The notes under the pieces: model-generated
The model's database searches: none
What the model was told of the DNA's origin: nothing
The model's input: the letters and a program-made list of their open reading frames with translations, nothing else
Position numbers and translations under genes: made by a program
In this document: positions 37,975 to 50,400 of the stretch, in pieces
Numbering within the stretch: the stretch's first letter is position 1
Layout of the letters: every line of letters begins with the position of its first letter
NCBI GenBank assembly: GCA_050273025.1
Contig: CP158635.1
Coordinates: 21,142,001 to 21,206,000 of the forward strand
Length of the DNA stretch: 64,000 nt
Source of the DNA: Cenococcum geophilum
Taxonomy: Eukaryota
Direction of reading: 5' to 3'

Positions 37975-38927
37975 CCTCCGATAACTCCTCCTTAAGTATA
38001 GCCGCTAAATGGCGGAGCAGCCCTGTAACCCGCCCGCGCCGCCTAAGACGGGGGCGGACGCGGGCAGGTAGGGCCTTCTCTTCCTCCTCCTTATCATCGT
38101 CATCGTCGTTATTATCGTCGTTGGCGGTGGCAGTAGCGGGAGGTGCGGGAGTATAGAAGCAGGAGCGGGAGCGGGCTGCGGCGGGGGAGGTAGCAGACGC
38201 TATTATCTCTATTAGTTATGCTTTTATAGCTTATATTACTAACTTATAGGCCCGGAAGGAGCAGCGCGCCCCTTTGTTGCTATAATAGTAGTTAGTATAG
38301 CTGCTACGTAGCTAGCCCGCGACTAGTACATACTCCGTAAATAGGCCGCCGCCCTATATATACGACGTATAAGCCTATAGGGCTACCATACCCTAGCTTT
38401 AGGCTAGGGCGGCCTTTGCATTTAGGGCCCTAGCCTTAAGGTAGACCCCCTAGTAGACCCTAGAAGCTCTACCTAAGCTAAAAGCCTACTATAGAGATAC
38501 ACCCTAAACGCGTGGTAGGGGATATAGCGCCCGCATTACAGCCGTGTTAGCGGTAGCGGCTTCGGCGGCAGTGGTAAGCGCGGTAGGCGAGGGATTTTAG
38601 GGTAGAAGGGCGGTGGGCTAATTTACGGCTATAAAGCTGGCTGGGGGGGGAGCAGCGGCAGCGGGGGTAGTAGGGGTAGCGAGAGCGGTGGTAGTAGCGG
38701 AAGTAGTGGTAGCGGCAGCAGTAGGAGCGGGGAGGGGTCTGGTAGCAGCAGCAGCTATAGCAGCTATTTACATATTAGTATCTTCTTAAATTCTTAAATT
38801 CTTAAATTCTTTTATAGTACTAATACTTACTAGTACACTTATCTGCTGGGACTAAAGTCTCGCGCGCAGGCACCCTAGCCTAAGACGGCGGCGGCAAGGA
38901 CAAGAAGTAGCGGCCGGGCGCGGACAT
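37975..38927 (-). pseudogene. DUF3716-like Cys-rich protein relic with one intron, lying within Helitron copy 2
   Basis: ATG at 38927; intron GTAAGT...CTAAT...TAG (~38830-38765); NA(E)AALA...GG(P)FTE(C)VLVAG-LR(G)S(CA)N(CH)Y-N-GARCSFR (~38425-38250). Confidence 0.7.
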
Positions 38928-40051
38928 GGCGGCGGCAGCGGCGGTGGTGGTAACGGTAGTAGTGGTAGTGGTAGTGGTGGCAGCGGTGGTAGTAGCAGCA
39001 GGAGTAGGAGCAGAAGACGCAGCAGCAGCAGCAACGGCAGTGGTGATGGTAGTAGTGATAGTGCTATTGCTTAAGGAAGAAGAAGAAGATAACGACAACG
39101 ACGTAAATAGCTATTGTTAATCTACGTCACGTGATTAATTATATAAATCTATATCACGCGATTATCACATAAAGGCAGCCTTACGTCACTACTACGGTAG
39201 TAGGGCGGTAGCGAGGTAATAGTGGGATAGTAGTGGGGCAGTAGCAGGGCAGTAGTAGGGTAGTAGTAGGGCAGTAATATGTAGTAAATGGCAGTAATAG
39301 GCAGTAAAGGGAAGTTAAAGCTTTAATACTGTATTATATTTATTATATCTTATTCTTATTTCTACTTTATATAGATATATATAAAAATATTAATAGCGTT
39401 TATAATAGTGTTTATAATAAGTTAATTAATAGTCCTAATAGTAGGGTCTTTTATATATATAAGTATCTTATATAACATTTTTATAAAATAGATTTAATTC
39501 TAAATATATAATATATTCTATAATATAAAGTACTTTATATAATAGTAAAAGTAGTACTATATAAAATTAAAATAAAAGTAAAAATAAAAGTTATAGCTAT
39601 AGCTAAAGTAGTAAAGTTAGTAAATTAAAAAGGAATTAATATAGTATATAAAAAAGAATAAAAATAGTAATAGTACTATAAATAGAAATAAAGGTAAGAA
39701 TAAAGATAATAATAGAAATAAAAATAGTTATAATATAGTATTAAAATTAATAAACTAATATAATAATTAATATAAAAGATAAATAGATAATAATAATAGT
39801 AATAATAAGGTAGAAATAGTAGTAATAATAATAAATTAGGAACTAAAGTAATAGTAAAAAATAGTATATAAGTAGTAATAAATATAGCTATAAATTAGGA
39901 AATAAAGATATATTAGAAGTAATAAAAAGGAAGTTATTTTAGTAGTTAAAAGGGAAGTAGTAAAGGTAGTAAGGGTAGTAATAAAAATAGTAGAATAGTA
40001 GAATAGTATTACGGTAGTAGTAAGTAGTAGCAGGGTAGTAGTAGGGCAGTA

Positions 40052-42364
40052 CGTCAGGAAAAAATTTACCAGCATTTTTACAGTATTTAGCAGCATTTAG
40101 CGGCCAAATGCGCATTCCGCGCACTACAACGTATAGCGTATAGTATTGACTAAGGTGCGGCATACTGCCGTATTTAATAATGCGATGCAGCATACTGCTG
40201 TATACTACTATATTTAATAACGCGGTACAGCTAACTGCCGTATTTAATAATGCAGTGCAGCTAATTGCGCATTTTGCACTTAATGCGCAATTAATATATA
40301 ATGCCCTCCTCGTGCATTCTGTATATAATGCCCTCCTTACGCATTTTATATATCTTACTCTTCCTACACACTTAATAGTATTTGCTTAGTTTATATAGTT
40401 AGTGCAAAATTATATTATTTTAGATAATTTAATATATAGCGACGGTTCTCTTCTACCTACCTACCTACCAACCTACTTGCCTACCTACCTACCTACCTAC
40501 CTACCTGCATACCTGCCTACTTACCTACCTACCTACCTGCCTATTTACCTACCTGCCTACCTGCCTACCTATCTATCTATACCTACCTATTTATACCTAC
40601 CTATCTGTGCCTACCTATCTATGCCTACCTATCTATGTTACCTTAATTTAATCAATTAATTAAATTATTTATTATATTCGCTAGCTGGTTATTTAAACGG
40701 TTGTTATATAGCTCTAGCGACAGTTATCTAGCTCCAGCGACGGTCGTCTAGCTTTAATAACAGTCGTCTGGCTCTAACAGTCGTCCAACTCTAGTGACGG
40801 TCATCTAGCTCTAGCAACAGTCGTCTAGCTCTAATGACGGTCATCTAGCTCTAACAGTCGTCCAGCTCTAGCGACGGTCATTTAGCTCCGGCGACGGTCG
40901 TCTAGCTCTAATAACGGTCGTTTAGCTCTGACGGTCGTCTAGCTTTAGCGACGGTCATCTAGCTCTAGCGACGGTCGTCCAGCTCTAATGACGGTTGTTT
41001 AGCTCTAATGACGGTCATCTAGCTCTAACAACGGTCGTCTAGCTCTAACAACGGTTATCTAGCTCTAACGACGATTGTCTAGCTCTAACGACGGTTATCT
41101 AGCTCTAACAACGGTTGTCTAGCTCTAACGACGGTCGTCTAGCTCTAACAACAATTATCTAGCTCTAGCGACGGTTATCTAGCTTTAGCGACGGTTATCT
41201 AGCTTTAATAACGGTCGTTTAGCTCTAACGGTTATCTAGCTCTAGTAATAGTTGTCTACTAGCTATCATTCTGGTGTCTTCCTAGGTAGGGAGGATATAA
41301 GAAAGGGTAAAAAATAAGGTGGCTACCTAGGTATATATAGGGGGTATACTTAGTAAAGGTACGTATAAAGGCTATTGGGAATATAGCGGGGACCCAATAC
41401 GGAGCTTCGTGTAGAGCCTCCATACGTAGAGCTTCGTATAAAGCCTCTATACGCAGAGCTTCGCGCAGAGCCTTATGTAGAGCCTCTATATATAGAGCTT
41501 TATATAGAGCCTTATATAGAGCCTCGTATAGAGCTTTATATAAGAGCTTTGTATAGAGCTTTGTACAAAGCTTTATGCAGAGCTTTGTGTAGAACTTCGT
41601 ATAGAGCTTTATATAGAGCTTCGTGTAGAGCCTTATATAGAACTTTATATAGAGCCTTATATAGAGCTTTATACAGAGCCTTATATAGAACTTTATATAG
41701 AGCTTTATATAGAGCTTCGCGTAAAGCTTTATATAGAACTTCGTGTAGAGCTTTATATAGAGCTTTATGTAGAGCCTCGTATAGAACTTTATATAGAGCC
41801 TTGTATAAAACTTCATATAGAGCTTTATATAGAGCTTTATACAGAGCCTTATATAGAACTTTATATAGAGCCTTATATAGAACTTCGTGCAGAGCTTCAT
41901 ATAAAGCTTTATGTAGAACTTTGTATAGAGCTTTGTGCAGAGCTTTATATAGAACTTCGTGCAGAGCTTTATATAGAGCTTCGTATAGAACTTTATGCAG
42001 AGCTTTATATAGAGCTTCGCGCAAAGCTTTATACGAAACTTTATATAGAACTTTAAACTTTATATAGAACTTTAGGAAAAAATTACTAGCATCTAATTTT
42101 ACTTTTCTGCCATTTTAGCATTTTCTAGCATTTAGCAGCTAAATCCTAATACTTAATTATAAATACAGCTAAATGCTAATACTTAATTATAAATGCGGCA
42201 TTTAGCGGCTAAATGCTAGTACTTAGTAATAAATGCTGCATTTAGCTACTAAATACTAATACTTAATTATAAATGCGGCATTTGGCGGCTAAATGCTAGA
42301 AAATACTAAAAATGCTAAAATGGCAGAAAAGTAAAATCAGATGCTGGTAAATTTTTTCCTGACG
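40052..42364 (-). mobile_element. Non-autonomous TIR element carrying satellite cassette copy C (inverted), with a third internal TIR at ~42071
   Basis: TA-CGTCAGGAAAAAATTTACCAGCAT ... ATGCTGGTAAATTTTTTCCTGACG-TA; TACC microsatellite, 20-mer array (40715-41258), spacer, 12-mer array (41400-42070); ~42071-42364 is itself a foldback unit. Confidence 0.88.
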
Positions 42365-42434
42365 TAGTAGGCAGTAGAGGGCAGTAATAGGCAGTAATAG
42401 GCAGTAGAGGGCAGTAGTAGGGCAGTAGTAGGGC

Positions 42435-42635
42435 AGACTGAGTTTAGAAGGACAAAAGCCCGCCGTAGGCGCGAGAAATAAGTAAATTTCTCCAAGGACC
42501 AAAATTGCTGGCTATAAGTTGGCAATTTTGAAATTTTCCTTAGAGAATTTGCTTATTTCTCGTCTAATATATACTGAATTTGGGTTAAACCTAAGAGTTA
42601 TATTAGTTAAAAATTGGTCCGGATTACCTAATAAG
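42435..42635 (+). repeat. Helitron junction hairpin module, copy 2 (stem 42472-42562)
   Basis: CGAGAAATAAGTAAATT / AATTTGCTTATTTCTCG followed by TCTAAT. Confidence 0.85.
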
Positions 42636-43916
42636 GCATATATTACCCTATTAAATCGCAACCTTATAACTAACCCTTCTACACCTATAATACACCCCCT
42701 AATAGTAGGTAAATAACTTTTCTATTTAGATAGATTTATAGAGCTTATAAAGTGCTTTAAAAAAATAGTACCACTTTTATCTAAATATCCTAAGGGTAAG
42801 TAATATTATACTAATGTAAAGTTTTATAGCTTTATAAAAAATTCATAGGGGGCGCACGGAGCTTTATATAGAGCTATACATGGAGCTCCATAAAAGCTCT
42901 ATATAATACTCTATAAAAGCTCTACATAAAGCTCTACTAAAAGCCTATTTAGAGCTCTAAAGCTCTACTAATATGCAGTACTAATATACTAGGAAGTCTT
43001 ATAACCGTCTCTACGAGTAGCTCTATAACGAACGGCTCTATAACCGCCTATATAATCGCCTATATAAACGGCTTTATAAACGGCTCTGTATTGTCTCTAT
43101 AACGGCTCTACTATTACCTATATAGTCGCCCATACAACCGCCTTTACGATATCTCTACATTTCCCCTATAACAGCTTATAAATGGCCCTACGACAGCCCT
43201 ATAACGGCCCTACGACGGCTCTATAACGGTTTTATAAACGGCTTTACTATAATAGCTTTACAATCGGCTTAGTAATAGCTCTATAAACGGCTCTATAAAC
43301 GGCTCTACTATCGCCTATATAAATAGCTCTATAAAACGGCTCTACTGTCGCTTATATAATCGCCTATATAATTGTTCGTATAAACGGCTCTTTAATAGGT
43401 TAGGGGGGGCTATGCATAGAGCTCTATTTAGAAACTGTTATATACATATATAACTACGCGTATATAACTACCGCGTATATAACTACCGCGTATACAACCA
43501 CCGCGTACACAACCCTTATTACTACTACTACTCTATAGATCTCCCCCTTAACCGCTTATTTTATGCCTATTATTATTACACCAGGTCTATTTCTAAATAC
43601 CCCTTTAATTCTAACGGTCTCTACCTTACTATATATATTTACTGCCAGTATAGGCAGAAGGAGAGGAAGGAGAAGGAGTAGGCCTAATAGCCTTTACAAT
43701 AGCCTCCGCAACAGCCTCTACAGCAGTCTCCGCAGTAGTCTCCGCAGCAGTCTCCGCAGCAGCCTCTATAACAGCCTCCGCAGTAGTCTTTATAACAGCC
43801 TCCGCAGCAATCTCTATAGTAGCCTCTATAGCAGTCTCTACGCTACTACTTTAGTTATAACTAGCTGCACCAACCTTTCTAATTTAGTTGGTTTAAAACT
43901 TATAAGATCTGCCTTA

Positions 43917-44056
43917 TCCCTTAACCCGTCAAAATTGGTCGTACGGTTATCGATAAGGGCTAGCCAATTGGATCAAGTAGATCAAGGCCCCGCGCCAAAC
44001 AACACGTAATGTTCATGCACGGACCTTCCTCAATTCGGTCCTGACGGGTTAAGGGA
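43917..44056. mobile_element. 140-bp MITE-like element
   Basis: TA-TCCCTTAACCCGTCA ... TGACGGGTTAAGGGA-TA. Confidence 0.65.
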
Positions 44057-44938
44057 TAAATAAGAAAGCTCTACATAAAAGGTCTAAGTAGACGCGATTA
44101 TATAGCCTATTGAATTAGCGCTGGCCTCCGTTATAGGAGTTAATATAGATATATCTATAGTAATAGGTATAGTGGGCTGGTAAAGAGGAGGTTTATACTA
44201 CTATATAGATATCTAAGGGCTAGAAACTGCTCCTTAAACGGCGGCCATTAACTATAGATAATTACCGTTAGGAAATTAAGCTATAGGAGTAGCTATAATA
44301 AGAGGAGTAGTATAAACAGCGTAAGTAACGACAGGTATAGCGCTGGCAGCTTTATTAGCAGCGGGTATATAAGCACTAGCGGGTATAGGCTATACATTAG
44401 GTATAGAGGCAGGAGTAGTAGTAATAATAAGAGTAAGAGCGGCGGCAGCAGCGGGGGGAAAAGAAGAAGGAAGAGGAGGAGCTAGGTAGTGGTGACTAGG
44501 ATAATAACGGCTAGGGCGGTTACTAGTAGCCTAGATAGTAGCGGCTAAAGCAGCTAGAGCAGTAGCTGGAGTAATAGCTACAGTAGTAGTGATAGTAATG
44601 GTGGCAGTAGTGGCGATAAGGTAGCGATGGTAGCAGTAGCGGTAGGGCGGTAATAGTAGTAGTAATAGTAATGGCAGTAGGGTAGCAGTGGTAGTAGGGT
44701 AGTAGTATAGTAGTAGGGTAGTAGTAAGGCAGTAGTAGGGTAGTTAAAGCTTTAATGCTCTAATATATTTATTATTTTTATTTTTATTTTTACTTTATAT
44801 AAATATATATAAAAAATATTAATAACTTTTATAATGGTTTTTATAATAGGTTTATTAATAGTCCTTATAGTATGGTCTTTAGTATATTTATAAATATCTT
44901 ATATAACCTTTTTAAAAAAAATTTTATATATAAAATAT

Positions 44939-47288
44939 TGTTGGTATTACCCAAGTGCACTTATATGGCCTATTAATCGATAGATTTGTTTGTTATCTAA
45001 TAGGTACAGAAAGTAAAGGATCGTAAGGATCGCAGTGCCTAAGTAGGGGGCTAATTAGTCACTATAAGGATAACTAATTAAAGATACGTAACCACATAAC
45101 CTCTGTCCATATATTCCGACACTAGCAGTTCTTTCTTTATGCTTATGGTGCTGCAGGAAGGCAGTAAGGCAGCAAGGTAGTAAGGTATTGGTTTAGCTGG
45201 AGGTAAAAGCAGTAAAGGTCTATTTGGGTAGTAGTACGGTATTAGCGGCGGTAGTGATAGTGGTTAAGTATAGAGCTTGTCTATCAGTCGGTCAGTTAAT
45301 CGTAGGCATATAGGCACGATCATTCGGTCGGTAAATCGCAGGCGTATTAGCGCGATCAGTATCGTAATAGTAGTCATAGCGGCGCTATTAGTTTATTAAT
45401 GGTATGTAGCCGTACAGTGTAGTACTTATAGTCGTTATTATATGGCAGTGCGGTGCTAGTATAGGGTCGGTTCTGTAGGTAGGTCGGCACGGAGTCTTAT
45501 TATAGGGTTAGTTCGTAAGTATATTAGTTGCAATAGTTATCGGGCTCGTAGCTGCCGTAGATACTGGCAGTTCTTTCTTTATGCGTAAAACAGCTATCCT
45601 AGCACTAATCTAACTAAAATTAATCCTCTATCCTAACGAAGCTTAATCTATATCCAAATTCCTATTTATCTCTTTTAGACGATAATATCCCTAAATATGC
45701 TTATGGAGAGTAGTATTCGAGGGGAATATAGATCTACACTTAGTATATTAAAATGGTTAACAATCTAGCAAATATTTAAAGAGTGCTTAACCTAAAGGGA
45801 ATGTAGTAGAGCACTTTTTACAGGTTTAAGGTTGCGGGGGTTTGTATAAGCTTAGCTGCCGTAGCTCCTTAGCTTTAGTTAATAAAGAGGGTAAAGCTAG
45901 TAGAGCTTACGCGGGCGGAGCTTGTGCTAGTATAGCTTATTATTGCTACAATTGCTAAACTACGCTTTATAACTTCTTAATCTCTTCCTTTTATTCTTAA
46001 TATGCCTTCTAGACTCTTTTATACTGCTATTAACATAGGTCTAGAATATCTTGCTACTAGCGTAATTTCACTTTAAAAGTCTGCTTTTATTATTAAACTA
46101 TATCTTATACATCCTAAATCTGTTTTTAGTAGGCGGTTATAGTTAAAAACTCCTATTAGGCTTTATTATTATAGATATTAATATAATAAGGCCGCCCAGT
46201 AGCCATATAGCTCCCGCTTTTATATTCTTTAGGAAGTTAAGGTAGTGCTATTATTAAAGGGTTATAGCTGCCGTAGACGCCGGTAGATTTAAGAGGGTAG
46301 AGAATAGGGAGCGCGCTAGCGTTATAGGCGCGCTATTAACGTAATTTTTAACGTGGTAGATCTATAAGGAAGATAGTAGACAGTGTTAGAATTATAGGTA
46401 GGTAGGGGATAGTTTGCTACTAACGCTGCTAGATTATTAGGTATTGGGTGCTGCTAATGCTACTAGGTTGCTATAACGCTAGAGTACTACATAAGGCTAT
46501 TAGATGTTGATTTATATACTAAGACGCGTACTAGGTATTAGGTACTATATAAGGCTATTAAGTTGCTATAATGCTAGAATACTGCACAAGGCTGTTAGAT
46601 ATTTGGGTATTAGGTGCTGTTGACGCTGCTAGGTTACTATAATGCTGGAGTACTACGCAAGGCTATTAGATGTTAATTTATATGCTAAGACGCGTACTAG
46701 ATTATAGTTTGCTGCTAAGTTATATTGCTACACTAGGGTACTATATAAAGCTATTAGGTAGTTAGATGCTAGGTACTATTAAAAGGCTAATATACTATAT
46801 ATAGTGCTGCTAAGGTAACTACTGCTGGGGTACTGCCTGGGGGCTATTAGGCATTTAGTGCTATTATACTAGGGGTACTAGCACTTAGTAAAGAGGCCGT
46901 ACTAGGGGTTAATTTATATACTATAGAATGTTTTATACGTTGCGTATTTATATTCTAAGCTAGCTAGGGCTAGATACTGCTAGAGCTACTAGGTGCTAGT
47001 TTTGCTGCTAGGTACTAGAGTACTGCTTATAATTAAACGAAGTTATTAGGGCAGTAGTGAACCTTATTACTCTATGGCCAACTAGTAAAGTTAACTATTA
47101 ATTAATATTGGTATCACCTAAGTATACTTATATGGCCTATTAATTAATGGATTTATTCATTGTCTAATAAGTATAGAAAGTAGAGGATTGTAAGGATCGT
47201 AGTGCCTAAATAGGGGGCTAATTAGTCACTATAAGGATAACTAATTAAAGACACGTAACTATATAACCTCTGTCTATATATTCCGACA
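44939..47288 (-). mobile_element. Non-autonomous LTR element (Copia-derived), 2.35 kb
   Basis: 183-bp LTRs 44939-45121 and 47106-47288; TSD AATAT; no RT/integrase motifs seen; LTR-adjacent motifs resemble those of the two Copia elements. Confidence 0.88.
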
Positions 47289-47452
47289 AATATATTCTAT
47301 AATATATAGTAGTATTATATAAAGTAGTAATAAAAGTAATAATAAAGTAGTATATTAAAATTAATATAAAAATAGTAAAAATAAAAGTAAAAGCTATAAG
47401 CTATAGTAGTAAATATAGTATATAAAAGATAATAGTAATATAAATATAAAGT

Positions 47453-50400
47453 TGTTGGTCATATAGGGTGACTTACCAATAACGACTACTCGAGTAGGTT
47501 ATAGTGATGTTGGTTAATAAAGCTTGTTTATTGGAATGAGGGAGGGCGAGGAACTTAAGGCTCCTCGCCACGCTAGTGCCGCGGCGACACGTAATGGCAA
47601 CTTGCTATCACGTGACGGCAGTTTACCGTACGTGACGGCAACTTGCCTTATTCTTAACACTAGTAACTCTTCTTTTATAGTTGCCATCTATATATAAATA
47701 CTGCTTAACTATTATAACAAATATAAATCCTCCTTACTTACTATTACCATTGTAATATAAGTCTCGCTATCCCAAAATTTGCCTCTTTAGTACGCGGTGC
47801 TTTCTTACTAAGGAGTCGTAGGTAGACATTATATTAGGGCCGTTAGGGCCGCCAAGGCGCTAGCTATAAGCGAGCTAATAGCGATTTTCTATCCTGGGGA
47901 TAGAAAATCCTAATTAGCTGGTTGGAATTAGGGTCCGCAGATTATCGTACTCCTACTCCCTTTTAACCCAACCTTTAACTCGTATATATAAAGTATTTGT
48001 ATTAACAAACGTTTCTAAAGCCTTATTTAGGTTTGCCTTCGTTATTATATTTACTAAGTTGTTTTAACCGTTAATCTATTAAATCTTAAAGAGTTTTTGC
48101 CGTTTATAGGATTAATAAAGTACTATAATGTCGATTATAAGGCGCTTCTCCTTTATAGTATTAAGCTTGACTAAACACTTATAGAGGGAGTATAAGTTAG
48201 TATATATAATTATAGGGATAACGGGAAGTTCGAGTTAATCTGTAATTATCTTTAGGGTAGTTCTAATTGCAATTGCTATATTAACTCCGCTAACTATTTT
48301 ATATATCTCTAACGCTAGAACGCTTTAAGTAACGCGCTTACTCTTAGTTAAGCTCTAATAAATAAGATTACTGTAGATTATAAAGTTATTCTCTCTGGTA
48401 GATTCGTTTATAATAATAATCTTATATTCTAGCTAGGAGCTAAAATCTTTATTATTTATAAACGATCTATTAACAAATATAAAGATCTTAGCGGTAGGAA
48501 GATTAATAGGTATATAAAGTAGTCCCCAATTAAGATGGTTTATTTACCAGAAAAGACGCTTATTTAGGGTAAGGATATTATTTTTAGTTAGTTTCTAGTA
48601 TTAGGTGGCAATAGAGAGATTAAATAAAGCCTTAGGTTAATAGATAGAAGCAATATAAGCTTCGCGAGCGTGTTGCTCTATATATCCTTGTTTTAGAGAG
48701 TTAACGTTAATAACGTCAATCTTCTTACCTTAACCCTTCTAGCGTAAAGTAATAGAATCCTTATTTAGAGAGAGGATGCATTTATTAAAAAGTAATAGTG
48801 TTATTAAATTAAGCTTTTCCTTTAGCTTTGCTATAAGATTTGCCTTTACTAGCTTATCTTCCTTAAGAGCTAAAAATTAGTCATCTCCTAAAATAATTAT
48901 ATTATTAGTTTATATGCCGATAATTTTAAATAAAGTTTCTGTAGTTATAATAAGGAAGCATAAATTAAATATAGAAGTAGTTATTAAAAGCTTCTCTTTA
49001 TAGTACTTACTATAGGTAGCCTACTAATAGCTTCCTACCTTTGCGATACTATATAATGGCTTAAGTATAACCATAATTATATCCTCGGGATATTAGTAAC
49101 AAATTTGCTCTAAAAAGTATGCTAATATTAAGCGCTAAAGGCGCGTCTCTAATTAGGTATAGGCCTAAGTAATATCTTGTAAATAGACCGCTATTCCATT
49201 CTTTATTAAGGAGGGAGCTAGCGTAATAATAACTCGCTAACTAGCTCGTTAAATTATAGGAGATTACGTAAGAATTATCTCCTTACCGTTATTATTGTAA
49301 CCCTAAATAATAAGCCTTAATTTCTTAAATGGGGCGTTAGTAGCTTTACCTTTAATCTCGTTAACTATTCTTAACTTAAAGATGCGAACTTTATTAAACT
49401 TAATAGGGTTATACTTCTTAAATTTAAAGACTCCTCTTATAATAAGGCCATCGATCTCCTACTTGTTAGATACTTAAAAAGGAGCTCTTAGAGTTATAAT
49501 ACGACCTTTCTTTTAGAGCTATTTTGCGAGTTTAAAGTTAGCCTTCTCCTTAGCTATTATAAAGGCCATTAATAGCTTAACTCTATTCTTAATAGCGGTA
49601 ACAAATTACTCTTTAAAATTAATAAGATATTAGCGATTTTATAATCCCTTTAGGCGACCTCTACCACGTTATAGTTGCGGCGTATTTACTATAATTATAT
49701 TAAAATTGTGGTTGCCTTCTAGAGCATATTAATTATAGCTTTCCTCTAGGGCATTTTTTATGGTATCCTATAAAGGCTCAGAACTGCTATCCTTATAGTA
49801 AGGCTTAATAATAGTTAAATGGAATTAAGTGGGTTTATAAGGTATTTAAATAGTATAAGTCTAACTATTAATTACAATAAGTTAATATAGGCCTAACTAT
49901 CCTTCCTTTTTACGCTATATGCGTACCTTAGACTAGAGTGGCAGATTAAGCGTAGTTAAGGTATTTAGACCATTTCTTATTCCTAGTGCGTTATTAACCT
50001 GGCGTATAGCGTAGAGACATTATACCTCCTTCATTGCCTTATAAATAGCCTTAGCTTATTATATAATAGAGGGAGATAGTAAAAAATCATTAGTTATTTA
50101 AGGGTAGGCGCTAAAGACTAGTAATATAGGTATAAGTCCATCTAGGCCAGCGGAATCATTAATAGCTTTAATAGCCATTTATAAGGTAAGTTCTTTACTA
50201 ACATCCTCTAGTTTTAAGGAGATAATCTTATATATGCGGCGTAATAGCGTATAATATTGCTCTACTTTTTTAACACTATTATATACCTTAATAGGGACTT
50301 CCTTAACCTTAATTACCATTACCTTTATCTATTATTAAAACTCTATAAATAAGAAGTTCTTTCCTACATTATAGACGATTTAATTAGGGGGTCCTAGGTA

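Larger units (their letters stand above)
5574..42567 (+). mobile_element. Helitron copy 2 (Rep-helicase), split by a 27.5-kb nest; ends inferred
   Basis: 5640-7208 plus 34675-36820 reconstitute a sequence colinear with the copy at 54835-58415; termini inferred from the hairpin+CTAA modules. Confidence 0.7.

Noticed and set aside
47873..47919. Hammerhead ribozyme
   Set aside because: Could not place the CUGAUGA and GAAA core with three stems on either strand
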